DNA of 64,000 nt from the human T2T-CHM13v2.0 reference genome, Homo sapiens. Shown in pieces: positions 1 to 16,900 of the stretch; the stretch's first letter is position 1; each line of letters opens with the position of its first letter. The notes beneath the pieces were generated by a model that worked only from the letters and a program-made list of their open reading frames with translations, was not told the DNA's origin and ran no database searches. Made by a program: the position numbers and the translations under genes. Location of the stretch: NCBI RefSeq assembly GCF_009914755.1, contig NC_060925.1; one strand, given 5' to 3'.

Positions 1-149
1 CTCTTTGTTAATTTAGTATATCTTTCCACCCGGTTGAGATATTTTTGAATTTTAATTCTATCAAACATATTAACTAACCATCCATGTTTTATGATATACA
101 TAGATTCAATAAGCACACTGTGGCAAAGACAATTCTTGCCAAATATGCC

Positions 150-261
150 ATGTACTCCCTTGCTTTACCCAAACGCTGTTGCAATTGGGTTGGAGCCATG
201 TGACTTCCTCCAGCCAATGGATGGTGAGTAAAGGTGATGTCATTTCTGGGCCAAGGTATTT
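150..261 (+). mobile_element. Old MaLR LTR (MLT1I/J-like), split by the L1 and resuming at ~6286-6410
   Basis: MLT1 motif 'ttgca..gg..ggagccatgtgact..ccagccaatgga'. Confidence 0.55.
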
Positions 262-476
262 TTTTTTTTTTATTATACTTTAAGTTTTAGGGTACATGTG
301 CACATTGTGCAGGTTAGTTACATATGTATACATGTGCCATGCTGGTGCGCTGCACCCACTAACTTGTCATCTAGCATTAGGTATATCTCCCAATGCTATC
401 CCTCCCCCCTCCCCCAACCCCACCACAGTCCCCAGAGTGTGATATTCCCCTTCCTGTGTCCATGTGATCTCATTGT

Positions 477-4332
<3,856 letters not shown>

Positions 4333-4368
4333 TTAGTTGATGCAGTTTCTTCCTAGTCTCGATGGTCT

Positions 4369-5381
4369 TTACATTTTGGCATGATTTTGCAGCGGCTGGT
4401 ACCGGTTGTTCCTTTCCATGTTTAGCGCTTCCTTCAGGAGCTCTTTTAGGGCAGGCCTGGTGGTGACAAAATCTCTCAGCATTTGCTTGTCTGTAAAGTA
4501 TTTTATTTCTCCTTCACTTATGAAGCTTAGTTTGGCTGGATATGAAATTCTGGATTGAAAATTCTTTTCTTTAAGAATGTTGAATATTGGCCCCCACTCT
4601 CTTCTGGCTTGTAGGGTTTCTGCCGAGAGATCCGCTGTTAGTCTGATGGGCTTCCCTTTGAGGGTAACCCGACCTTTCTCTCTGGCTGCCCTTAACATTT
4701 TTTCCTTCATTTCAACTTTGGTGAATCTGACAATTATGTGTCTTGGAGTTGCTCTTCTCGAGGAGTATCTTTGTGGCGTTCTCTGTATTTCCTGAATCTG
4801 AACGTTGGCCTGCCTTGCTAGGTTGGGGAAGTTCTCCTGGATAATATCCTGCAGAGTGTTTTCCAACTTGGTTCCATTCTCCCCATCACTTTCAGGTACA
4901 CCAATCAGACGTAGATTTGGTCTTTTCACATAGTCCCATATTTCTTGGAGGCTTTGCTCATTTCTTTTTATTCTTTTTTCTCTAAACTTCCCTTCTCGCT
5001 TCATTTCATTCATTTCATCTTCCATTGCTGATACCCTTTCTTCCAGTTGATCGCATCAGCTCCTGAGGCTTCTGCATTCTTCACGTAGTTCTCGAGCCTT
5101 GGTTTTCAGCTCCATCAGCTCCTTTAAGCACTTCTCTGTATTGGTTATTCTAGTTATACATTCTTCTAAATTTTTTTCAAAGTTTCAACTTCTTTGCCTT
5201 TGGTTTGAATGTCCTCCCGTAGCTCAGAGTAATTTGATCATCTGAAGCCTTCTTCTCTTAGCTCGTCAAAATCATTCTCCATCCAGCTTTGTTCCGTTGC
5301 TGGTGAGGAACTGCGTTCCTTTGGAGGAGAGGCGCTCTGCGTTTTAGAGTTTCCAGTTTTTCTGTTCTGTTTTTTCCCCAT
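4369..5381 (-). pseudogene. L1 ORF1p, frameshifted
   Basis: ATG GGG AAA AAA CAG at 5381, stop at 4369. Length 1013 nt versus 1017 expected: 3-nt deletion near 5325 and 1-nt deletion near 5184. The C-terminal 218 aa remain open. Confidence 0.93.
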
Positions 5382-5599
5382 CTTTGTGGTTTTATCTACT
5401 TTTGGTCTTTGATGATGGTGATGTACAGATGGGTTTTCGGTGTGGATGTCCTTTCTGTTTGTTATTTTTCCTTCTAACAGACAGGACCCTCAGCTGCAGG
5501 TCTGTTGGAATACCCTGCCGTGTGAGGTGTCAGTGTGCCCCTGCTGGGGGGTGCCTCCCAGTTAGGCTGCTCGGGGGTCAGGGGTCAGGGACCCACTTG

Positions 5600-6285
5600 A
5601 GGAGGCAGTCTGCCCGTTCTCAGATCTCCAGCTGCGTGCTGGGAGAACCACTGCTCTCTTCAAAGCTGTCAGACAGGGACATTTAAGTCTGCAGAGGTTA
5701 CTGCTGTCTTTTTGTTTGTCTGTGCCCTGCCCCCAGAGGTGGAGCCTACAGAGGCAGGCAGGCCTCCTTGAGCTGTGGTGGGCTCCACCCAGTTCGAGCT
5801 TCCTGGCTGCTTTGTTTACCTAAGCGAGCCTGGGCAATGGTGGGCGCCCCTCCCCCAGCCTCGCTGCCGCCTTGCAGTTTGATCTCAGACTGCTGTGCTG
5901 GCAATCAGTGAGATTCCGTGGGCGTAGGACCCTCCGAGCCAGGTGTGGGATATAGTCTCGTGGTGCGCCATTTTTTAAGCCGGTCTGAAAAGTGCAATAT
6001 TCGGGTGGGAGTGACCCGATTTTCCAGGTGCGTCTGTCACCCCTTTCTTTGACTCGGAAAGGGAACTCCCTGACCCCTTGCGCTTCCCAGGTGAGGCAAT
6101 GCCTCGCCCTGCTTCGGCTCGCGCACGGTGCGTGCACCCACTGACCTGCGCCCACTGTCTGGCACTCCCTAGTGAGATGAACCCGGTACCTCAGATGGAA
6201 ATGCAGAAATCACCAGTCTTCTGCGTCGCTCACGCTGGGAGCTGTAGACGGGAGCTGTTCCTATTCGGCCATCTTGGCTCCTCCC
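5600..6285. promoter_or_regulatory. L1 5'UTR CpG-rich sense promoter and antisense promoter
   Basis: Intact YY1 motif (cggccatcttg 6266-6276). CpG-rich. Plus-strand splice donors at 5943, 6028, 6091 and 6186. Confidence 0.8.
5837..5911 (+). pseudogene. L1 ORF0, truncated (MVGAPPPASLPPCSLISDCCAGNQ*)
   Basis: Matches the primate ORF0 N-terminus, with TGA at 5909-5911 where ORF0 has Arg (CGA). Confidence 0.85.
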
Positions 6286-6494
6286 GGGCCAAGGCATTTA
6301 AGAGACAATCTGATTCTTCTATTCCTCTATTCCCCTGATGCAGAGACCTTGAACGCCATATGTTCTAGACATAACTGTAGGTGGAGCTTACATGAGCCCG
6401 TGGCAATACATTAAAGACATTTGACTATATTCTATTAATTCAAATTTGTATCAGCTACAAATTCATTTCCACCCAAAAACATCATTAAAGATTT

Positions 6495-6990
<496 letters not shown>

Positions 6991-7164
6991 TTTAGTTAAC
7001 TGCCTTGTTAAAATCTAAATACATGAAATCCCAAGAACCATGGTAATCCACTAAAGGTGTATAAGCATGGGCATGATATGATCAGATTTGCATTTTAAAG
7101 ATGCATCTGGGTGGGGAGTGATTGGAGGGAACTAAGACTAGGAGCAGGGAGAAGAGCTAAGAGG

Positions 7165-7310
7165 CTGGTTCATGAGCATTTGAAAAGGGAACTGTGGTTA
7201 TTGGAGCCAATGTGAGCTCACTACAACAAAGTTCTGTCAAAGTCACCTCTTTTTATTTTTGCTAGTGTTGCTAGACTGGTGTGTTAGAGAGATGACAAAG
7301 TTCATAGTCC
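7165..7310 (+). mobile_element. L3/CR1 RT fragment, plus orientation
   Basis: Degenerate translation LVHEHLK..SQCELTTTKFCQSHL..VARLV resembles CR1 MVCEHLE..SQHGFTKNKSCQTNL..VTRLV. Confidence 0.7.
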
Positions 7311-7379
7311 TGAACTTCTTGCCTGCTGCTCAGTTTTGTCCTGCCACTCAGGTTTGTCCTGTCCCATTCTCCTTCTCTG

Positions 7380-7748
7380 TCCTCTAGCCACATGGACCTC
7401 TTTTGGTTTACTTCTGTGTCTTGAGGAGTCTCTCGGATGCTTTTGCAGAGGCTCTTCCCTCTGTTTAGAATGCTTTTCTACCCTGTCCTCTTTTCCAGGC
7501 TAATTTCATGCTTTAGATCTCAGTTTTTTCAGAGAGACCTCCTCTGATTCCCCAAAACTAAGTTAGATCCCCTTGCTTAAATCTTCATTGCTCCAACCCC
7601 TTTCAAAGCATTCAGTGCCACTGTAATCACTTCTTACAAAATCACTTTTTCTTTTGACACTAAAAATTCCTTGAGTACAAAGGCCACTTCTGTTGTGTTT
7701 ACCATTAGGAACTTAAAATAGTGCAAAGTAGGTGTTCACATTTGTTAT
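7380..7748 (+). mobile_element. L2 3' end
   Basis: 'ctcttccctctgtttagaatgcttt...caaagtaggtgttcacatttgtt'. Confidence 0.6.
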
Positions 7749-7751
7749 ATA

Positions 7752-7950
7752 GGATTATCTAATCATTTGTTCTGGAAATGTGTCAGAAACCTGTGCTAAA
7801 CCATGTGAACTACAGATTTTAGAATCTTTTTGTTCTTTGCCCTTCTCCAGATTCTGAGCATTTCCTCTTTCTTGCAGCATTTTTCAGAGATTACTGACAG
7901 TGGTTCTGTGTTGCAACAGCAAGTTCTCTCAGTTGTCTGGGTTGTCATTG
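7752..7950 (-). mobile_element. L3/CR1 RT fragment, minus orientation
   Basis: Translation QPRQLRELAV..EPLSVISEK..WRRA..EQMIR resembles CR1 HPRVLKELAD..EPLSIIFEK..WRRA..EQIIK. Confidence 0.75.
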
Positions 7951-7958
7951 CTTTAGTG

Positions 7959-8174
7959 CAGGGATCAGCAAACTGCAGTCCAGCGCAAATCTGGCTAGCA
8001 GCCTATTTTTGTAAATAAAGTTTTATTGGAACACAGCCATGCCTATTTGCCTATTTCCAAACTGTCGATGGCTGCCTTCACACTATAACAGCAGAGTTGA
8101 ATAGTTTCAACCAAGACCATATGGCCTGCAAAGCCTAAAATATCACTTCTATAGAAAAAAATTGCCGACCCCTA
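7959..8174. mobile_element. MER58A (hAT-Charlie MITE)
   Basis: TIRs cagggatcagcaa / ttgccgaccccta; internal 'tttgtaaataaagttttattggaacacagcc'. Confidence 0.85.
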
Positions 8175-8835
8175 GTCTAGTATAAATATTTGAGCTCATT
8201 TAAGACAGCTAGTGATTTCTTTGTATTACCTCATCAATATTTGACTTCTTTTCATCTTTGCCCATCTTTGATCTGCCTTTACAATTTGGAAATTATTCTA
8301 TTGAAGAATTCAGAACAAAATCAACAGCTGCTGCCCATAGTCATCTGCTGACGTAAATCTTCTGCCCCATGTGGTGCCTGCTCCACGTTGTTCTCTTTGC
8401 TCTATATATGTCTAACAAAGCCCATTTTATTGCCCTTAGAATTTTTATAAAATGTATTTCACACTCTGCTTCTTTTTGCAGGTTATATTCTGTCTTTATT
8501 ATGCACTCCTCCTTCCTACAATTCTTCATGACCCTTTAAGAACTCACCAAAGAGCTCTCTTGGTAGCCAGACACTCCCTTTGTTCAGAATCACTTCCACT
8601 TGTGTTATCGGAATTTTATTTTTGAAAGTCATCTATCTCTCATTAATGAGTCTTTAGATCAGGTCTTTAGATTATACCTGTGAATTTTTCTTTCTCTTTT
8701 TCTGAAATATCCAAATGTTTCCATGAGAGTTTTGAGGGCATGTCAGAAGTCCAGATATCCTTAGCCATTTCAAACTCTCGGATGACAATCCATTCCACTT
8801 CTATTCCTCCTCAACCAGTTATTCTGCTTGGTCAG

Positions 8836-8945
8836 TGTTATGGTTACATTGTAGTCCCTCAAAAAGATATGTTGGACCCCCAGTACCTCCAAATATGAGT
8901 TTATTTGGAAACAGGGTCTTTACAGAGGTCAAGTTAAACTGAGGT
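8836..8945 (+). mobile_element. MLT1B-like LTR 5' fragment
   Basis: 'tgttatgg...cccca gtacctc...ttatttggaaacagggtctttacagagg'. Confidence 0.65.
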
Positions 8946-9635
8946 GAAAAGGGTGAGTGTCTGTGAGCACAGGGTTCTGGGAAGCATAGAGACAGATGCC
9001 TGACTCAGAGTCTGAAGGCTGGGAGGTAGAGAGGAACGCCTTGTGGAGAAACTTCTGTTTCAACTGAGACCGAAAACAGTGAAGAGTGTTTAGCAAAGGC
9101 ACCACTAGCAGTGTTCTGGAGGAGCTGGAGCCTTCCCTGTGATTTCTGTTATTCCCCGCACCCCATCCCCAGCAACCTAATAGTAAAAACTAACATTTAT
9201 TGATATTCATGTACCAAGCACAGTAATCAGAAGATAACTTAACAGTCATTATTTTATTTAATCATCGCAAGAATCCTGATATTACTATCCTAAGTCCATA
9301 GAAAGAGAGACTGAGATACATGGAGGCTAAGAACCTTGTCTGGGATCACTAAGCTGAGTGAGACACCTAGCACTCGAACTCAGGCAGGCTGCTTGCAGGA
9401 GCTGTGCCCTTATCCTACGTTTCCTGCGAAGGAAAGGAGCTTACCTGCTCTGCCAGGCAACTTTGAAACATGTCCTCTAGCATCGTTCTACCCACCTTAG
9501 CGCTTCAAATAGATGGCCACCACTAAGGCCCTCCTTTAGAGAAATTCTAGAATGCTCTTGAAAATGAGCCAAACAAATAAAAGAAGTATGGGAAGTTGGG
9601 AGAAGGGAGGAATCCTCAGGCTCTTCAGAGGAAGA

Positions 9636-9935
9636 TTTTTTTTTTTTTTTTTTAGACAGGGTCTCACACTGTCACCCAGGCTGGAGCGCAGTAGCACGAT
9701 CACGGCTCACTGCAGCCTCAACCCCCCTGGGCTCAGGTGATCCTCCCACCTCAGCCTCCTGAGTAGCTAGGACCACAGGCATGCACTACCACACCCAGCT
9801 AATTTTTCTATTTTTTGTAGAGATATGGTTTTGCCATGTTGCCCAGGCTGGTCTCAAACTCCTGGGCTCAAGTGATCTGCCCACCTCAGCCTCCTAACGT
9901 GCTGGGATTACAGGCTTGAGTCACTGTGCCTGGCC
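9636..9935 (-). mobile_element. AluJ
   Basis: J-type diagnostics; TSD aggaagattttt. Confidence 0.92.
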
Positions 9936-12088
9936 AGCAGGAAGATTTTTAATAAGAGCAAATAGCTAGAAAGTGGGCTGGGGTCGAAAGTTCCTCAGCC
10001 CCGATCCTGTCCTACTAGGAAAGTGCTTCTCAGCAGAAAGGATGAGACTTACTAACATCATTCACATGTAAGAGCATGTCCAGGGACACATTCAAGATAT
10101 GCCTAAGAGCAGGGTCTGGGCGGATGAGCCTCAGCTGACCCACTGGTCACTCATTTCATCTCTGACTCTCCCCTTGCCTGCTCTCTCTCCATCTCCCCAG
10201 CTTCTCTTCTGTGCTACTCAACCTGCCCCACAAGCCACAAAACAACCTGTTAATGTTCTTGGCCTGCAGTTTTTCAGATCTTAACAGGTGAAACTTCAGG
10301 GTCAAAGCCTCATAGCACAGCCCCAGACCATCCTCACCCCACTGCAGCCATTCAGGATGGCCTCACAGAAGCCTGCAAGGAAATCAGTTCCTGGCTGGAA
10401 TTAAATAACAAGGAGCCTCTAGAAATCAAGATTTGACACTGACAACTGAAGAACTTAAGTCACTGGGGCATAAGACAGCATGACAGACGCTACCCCAGTC
10501 CTAGGCATGCGGACTTGCCTCGAGCACACTGTAAGTGTTCAGACAGCTTTGGACAAATGCTGTCTTGAACTGCCAGATCGTACCTTCGTATTTAAGAGAC
10601 CATTGCTCGGCACAACATGGCAGCTAATATTTAAAACAAATGGTAAAGAGGAAAGGCAATCATTTCCTCACTAAATGAAAAAGGAGATATGAATCTGAGG
10701 AACACAATCCGGCACTGATTGAAAGTAAATTACCAGTTGATTAGACGGCTGTAAATTCAGGGAGAGAAGCCTCAACCGGCAGCTGGATTTTGTAAGGAAG
10801 AGGGCAATTAGAGAGGGCACAGGCGAGGCAGAGCACAGAGAGGGCTCTGCACAGAGCAGACAGGGCAGCTTTGCACCACTAGGATTACAAAGGCAGGAAG
10901 GGGTTTGTAGGAAGTGTTCTGTGGATGGAGCCTGCAAGAAAGGGGAGCTCCCCACTCCCACTCGCCCTGCCCCACCTCCCTAGTGAGCAGGAAGAGGTTA
11001 AACTGCCAGTTCCCTGTCTAGCAGCAGTTAGGACGGGTGTTTGTTATTGCAACACAGGAAGTATCACGATTTATCTTCCTTTTTCAGGCTGTACTCAATC
11101 TAGAAGCTTTTTGCTTCCTATCAAAAGCCAGGGACTTGAAAACTACTCAGGTCCCTGCAGCCCACAGGGACAAAGTTCATGCAGATTTCAGTGGGAGATG
11201 CCATCTCCGGATAGCAACTGGGGCCAGTTTTTGCAGATGGCAAGCGCTTAAAGATGCAAGCCTCCATGATTACCACGAACTGAGAAATCTCTGCAATTAG
11301 CAGGAGTGTAACTGGAAAACCAAGGGCTCCTCTGTGCCTTACCAAAAGACATTCCCTCTTCCTCTGGCAAGTTGAAGAAGATAATTTGGCCAGCCTAGGA
11401 GGAAGTGATTGATTGAGACAGAAATGGTGGAGAGAAGGATGACTGTGATTTTTACTTTGGTGATGGGCATGAACATAACAAAGAACAGATGGTGGATGCC
11501 TTAGTCCCACTGGTGTTATCAATTCCGTAGCCCTGAGCCCTGCCCTGCTACAGGCTTATGTAATTCTCAAGCATGTGCTCTCATGGCCCAAGGGGAGACT
11601 ATGCAGCACAGACCCTCCAGCTGCGAGGTTAACTCATCAATGCTCCACCCTTGTCATCTTTGGGTTCCAGCACTCAGGCCCTGGATATGCCTCTCACCAG
11701 AAGTGAACACTTGGTGGGGGCTGCAATAGACCCAATGAACACATCAGCTGCAGTTTGCATCTAAAAGAAATGATTCCAATGTAACATGACAGGGGACATA
11801 TGAGACGATGAGTAAACAATAGAGAATAAAAATAATGGAGGAAGAGTTGAGGAAAAGGTCTCCTTTGGGCTAGGATAAAGTCATTTCCTTAGCCAGATCT
11901 AAGGGTTTAACTCTTAATTTGGAGGCACCAAGAAGTTACAACACAGTGCTACTTGAAGCTTATTTTATAGATAACATACTTAACTGTTAACAGATTCAGT
12001 TAGCTGTTTACAGTTTAGTTAACTGGATATAGTTCTCAACCCACATGGGGTCAGTCATTTTCAACAAATCTTTTTATTTTCTCTATAG

Positions 12089-12172
12089 AATTCAGAGTTC
12101 AAGAGCTCCTTAAAGGATACACAAAACTGTCATCAGTAGTTAAGATTTCGGTGGTCTGGGGGTGAATTCCAG
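12089..12172 (+). other. Candidate 84-nt non-coding internal exon
   Basis: Acceptor tctttttattttctctatag| and consensus donor CAG|gtaagt, in unique sequence. Stops in all three frames. Confidence 0.5.
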
Positions 12173-13039
12173 GTAAGTAGTCCCTCTTATCAAATGTCTC
12201 TTTAACAATGCTTGCAGCTATCTTGATGTGACAACCATCACAAAAGCAAATATTAATCAGATCACTAAAGGGACACAAATAACCGACACTAGCCAAGAAA
12301 GAATTCAAATATATTTTTGAACTAGTTTGGGGCCAACTTTTGTGTGAGAAGAGGAATTGAGTTCACTTCATCTGGTGTTAACTGAAATAAGAGTTAATGT
12401 GCCAAATATCTTCATCAGTGACTAAAACTAAGACCACAGATTAGAGTGCCAAAGGGTGTAACTAGAAGGAAGTGTCAGCATTGCAGAAAAGAATGCAAAA
12501 CCAGGAGGATCTCATGTGAAGGGCTGGCTGCCTAATGGATAAGAAATATGGCCAGAACACAAGGAAGGAGACTGGCGAGTAATAAAGCTGAATTTAAAGG
12601 CTCTCAACAAAGCCACCTTCTCTTGCAGGATTACCACTCCTCCTGCTGCTCTCAGGACAATTCCTGAGCGCGCTGGTGAGAGGCTATGTTCAATCATCCC
12701 CAGGGTCCTTCAGCTCTTCCTTCCCTGTTGAAGTAGAAATGAAGATCAATTTTACTTAAGTAAACATTTGGTTCTCACAGCCATAAGAGAGAAAGTTCGG
12801 TTCTCAGAGAAGTACGTACAACTTACTTCTCTTAAGACAGCTCCGTTTTCCTAAAGACAGTTTATGAACCCCCAAGAACCTACAATGTTCCCTGGAGCCA
12901 GTTTAAAGTGTTGAGTCCTCTCTGGTTCTAGGATTCTAGAAGGATCAAAGTTTATTAACAAATCATATAGCAACTACGACTGCCCAACTTTTCCACACAG
13001 TTTCTTCTCCGTAACCAGATCATGTTAATGTAATTACTA

Positions 13040-13700
13040 TCAAAATTTAAATAAGTTTTTTTCATAGACATAGACAAGCTTACTCTAAAATTTATATGGA
13101 AAGGGAAAGACCCAAGAATTGCAAAAAACAAAAAAAAAAAAAAAAAAAAAAAACTTTAAAAACAAGAATAAAGTGGGAAGAATCACGCTTCCAAATGTTA
13201 AGGCCCTATATATAAGTGCTGTATCCAAACAGTATGGTATTGGTAGAGGGAACAGGCAAAGCAATCAATCAGTGGAACAGAATAGAGAACACAGATATAG
13301 ACCCACTCAAAATTCCCATTAATTTTAGACAAAGAAGTAAAAGCAATGCAATAGAGGAGAAACAGCCTTTTCAATAAATGGTGCTGGAGCAATTGGACCT
13401 AAACCAATACCAAAATTAACTCAAAATGGATAATTGACTAAAACATAAACATACAACTATATAAGAGAAAAATCTTTGGGGTGTAGGACTAAGCAAAGTT
13501 CTTAGACTTGACACCAAAAGCATGAGCCATAAGAAGAAAAATTTATAAATTGGATCTCATCAAAATTAAAAACTTCTGTGAAAGACCTTGGACAAAGGAT
13601 CAAAAGACAAATTACAGACAGGAAGAAAATATTTAGAAATTACATCTCTAAGAAAGGTCTTGAGTCTAAAATATATAAATAACTCTCAAAATTAAGAAAA
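13040..13700 (+). mobile_element. Old L1M ORF2 fragment
   Basis: Degenerate 'aaaatttatatggaaa', 'aaatggtgctggagcaattgg', 'aaaattaactcaaaatggat'. Confidence 0.85.
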
Positions 13701-13704
13701 GGAC

Positions 13705-14055
13705 TGCTTTTGTTTGAATGTTTGTGTCTCTCCAAAACTCATATGTTGAGATCTAAACCCCAAGGTGATGGTATTAAGAGGTGGGACCTTTGGGAGGTGA
13801 TTAGGTCATGAAATGGAGGGCTCATGAGTGAGAACAGTGCCCTTATAAAGGAGCCCAAGGGAGCTTATCTTCCCTTTTCACTTAGTGAGGACGCAGGGGA
13901 AAAGAACTGTTCTAGGAAACAGGAAGTGAGCACTCACCAGAAACCAAATCCAATCTTGGACTTCCAGCCTCCAGAACTGTGAGAATTAAATTGCTGTTGT
14001 TTATAAGTCATCCAGTTTACAGTGTTTTGTTATAGCAGCCTGAGCAAGCCAGACA
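13705..14055 (+). mobile_element. MLT1A0-like solo LTR
   Basis: TG...CA ends; TSD aggac/agggc; 'gacttccagcctccagaactgtgaga'. Confidence 0.85.
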
Positions 14056-14319
14056 AGGGCCCAAGGCCTCCATCAGCACCACGTTTTATGATATGTGTTC
14101 TGTGAACCATCTGACTTCGGATCTTAGAGGAGGAGGTAGCAGAGGGATTGGTAAAATGCCGATTCCCATGGACTGCTCCAGAAATTCTGATTCCATAGAT
14201 TTGGGCAGGACCTGAGAAATCTGCATTTAAAACAAACTCCTTGAGAGACTTTTTTTATTATTATTAAAGTTTGAGAACTCCCACCATGGCCCAATCTACC
14301 AAATTATAAAGGAAGAGCA

Positions 14320-14664
<345 letters not shown>

Positions 14665-15519
14665 CTAAAGGGGCAAGCAAAAAGAAAGGGAATAAAGACT
14701 AGCAACAACCCAGAAGTGCTGTGAACAACAGTTTCTAAGAAGTGACCATTCTCTGTATTTATTAGGATGTGAAAGAAATGAAGTTCCCTCTCTCACACAC
14801 ACATTCGAGAATACAAGTCTGAGGAGAACCTGCTCTGGGTGAAGAATTTTTTTTATAATTCTCATATTCATGCTCAAGGAGCATGCACTCCTAGGCATAT
14901 ATTCACAAGGGGCTATGAGAGCCCTGGAGAGACCAGGTACTCTGAGGGTAGGACACATACTTTAGCAACTTGGGGGACACATTCTCAAGCTGAAATGGTG
15001 TCTCTGGAGCCCATACGAGTTGTGCCTGTGGGGGCCCCACAGACAGGGACCCTTGGCATTGCTGATAATTGAAGGGTCTGCCACAGAGGTCTCTAACATG
15101 ACTTTCTACCACCATCTTTCCTGCTCACTTGCACATCAATAGACACACAGGTATATTGAGCAGCAGCTCTTCCTCACCTTGTCATCAAACAGTCTGTTTC
15201 TGCCTTCACCATTTTGCATCTGACCTTTCACAGGTAGCAAGAGAAGAGTCTAAGGAGCAGCAGGCAACGTGCTGAAGTGCAGAGCCAGGTCAAGGCTGGG
15301 TTTGTCTGAGCAGCTGGTGAATAAGAGAGCTGTGACCAGGGCTCTGAGAAATATGGACAGGGGCCAGCCTGACAAAGACAACAAAGAACTGCCCAGGGGA
15401 AGGTGAAGAAGGTAACTGTCAACCCTTCAAAAAGTGAAATGGCGTTAGTAAGATGAAGGCCAGCCCATAAGAGATGCCAGCCAAGATGGAATAATGCGCA
15501 GATTTTCATCTAAGGGTGG

Positions 15520-16900
15520 GAATGACCTGTCGGCCTGATCCAGGCACACCGGCTTCTGAGATTCCCTTCCTAGCCCTGCCCACACACCCCCCACCCGACG
15601 CCCTTTCCCCAGCCTAGGTCCCTGAGTTTCTCATTCGTTGCTCACTTGTGTCTATTGTATGTCTTCTTCGTCAAAATCGAGCAGGGACTAATTAGCGGTG
15701 AAAGCAGAGACTCCAGCTCATTTCCGTTCACCTCATTATTTGTTTCTCTTTTGGGCTGAAGCCAAACAACAATCAAACATTAACATTCCCCCTGCAGAGC
15801 GGGCACACGGACACATGGGAGCATGTTACACACACCACACCCTCACAGCGTGCACACATGCACATGCACACACACACACCTGCTCCACTGCTATTCGGCT
15901 GTGCGAGGTCTCTGCGGCCCCGCTGTCTCCGGGCATCTAGGGTAACATCTCTTTCCATTTCAGACCTGGGACTGGTCTGAAACTGTATAATGGAATGGCC
16001 CTGGGCAAGCAGGGAAAGGACGTTGGGAATTTCCGGAAGCACAATCCCACTGGCCAGCACTGGTGTTAATTAAGGGCGCTGCTGGTGTTTTGCAGGCAGC
16101 TGTTTCCTCCTCCGGCCCTCCTGTTCCCCGGGCCGCCTGGGCACCGGCGCCTGCACTCTGGCATTCATTGCTCTACCGTAAGCCTTGTTTCTAGCCGTTT
16201 TCAATCAAGTGGGAGACTGTCCAAATTTCCGTCTCAATGAAAATCAACTGTTCTAAATCTAAGCTCCCATTAAGCGTTCCAGGGGCTGGCCTGACTTGGA
16301 ATTTAAGCAGCAGCGCAGCCCTCCCTGGAGTGAGCGGCAGCCGGGGCTCCAGATAAGGCGGGCCTGCCTCCTAGTGGCCAAGGTGCTGCAGGGCAGCTCT
16401 GAGGGCTGGAGGGCTGCGCAGCCGCCACCCGAGGACACGGGGAGGAGGCACAGTAAGAGAATCCTTAGAGCCTAACGCCCCCTTCTCCGTCGCTCTCGAG
16501 CCGCTCCAGTCCCCAAGTCCCATCCCCTTTCCTTCCCCGACATCTCTCCTCGTTGCCTCACTCTGGCTCCGTCGAACTGCAGTGGTCTGTTAGCTGGACT
16601 CTATCTCCAGCTTCTGTATCGAATCCATGCACCTCGCTGCCAATTCGTCTTCCGGACGCTCGTTGTCAGTCCTCTGTGATCTCTAATTAAGGCTCTGCTG
16701 AGTCTCCTCTTTATCTATAGGGAGAATCCTCAAGCGGGGAGACACACCCTTCCTGCAGAGGCGTATCGCCAGCCACGACAAGGCGAGCCGCGTTTCTCCC
16801 CACACTCCCCAAAAAGGCGATGACCCTCCCCAGGCCGCGCTCACGCTGAACCCCTGTTCCTGAGCTGCAGTTCCTGGAGGTGTCCTGTCCTCAAATGTGG
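15520..16900. promoter_or_regulatory. CpG-enriched unique regulatory element (promoter- or enhancer-like)
   Basis: Many retained CpGs outside repeats. kB site GGGAATTTCC 16025-16034, ETS CCGGAAG 16033-16039, three TAATTA palindromes, GATA site plus GC box 16351-16363, CTCF motif. Confidence 0.7.
16362..16380 (-). promoter_or_regulatory. CTCF motif
   Basis: Minus strand TGGCCACTAGGAGGCAGGC fits the CCASYAGRKGGCRS core with one mismatch. Confidence 0.65.

Noticed and set aside
7165-7950. Twin-priming origin of the inverted L3 pieces
   Set aside because: The contiguous end of the 3' piece faces outward, opposite to twin-priming geometry.
16031-16038. STAT site TTCCGGAA
   Set aside because: Spacing is TTC-N2-GAA rather than the canonical N3; better read as a kB plus ETS overlap.
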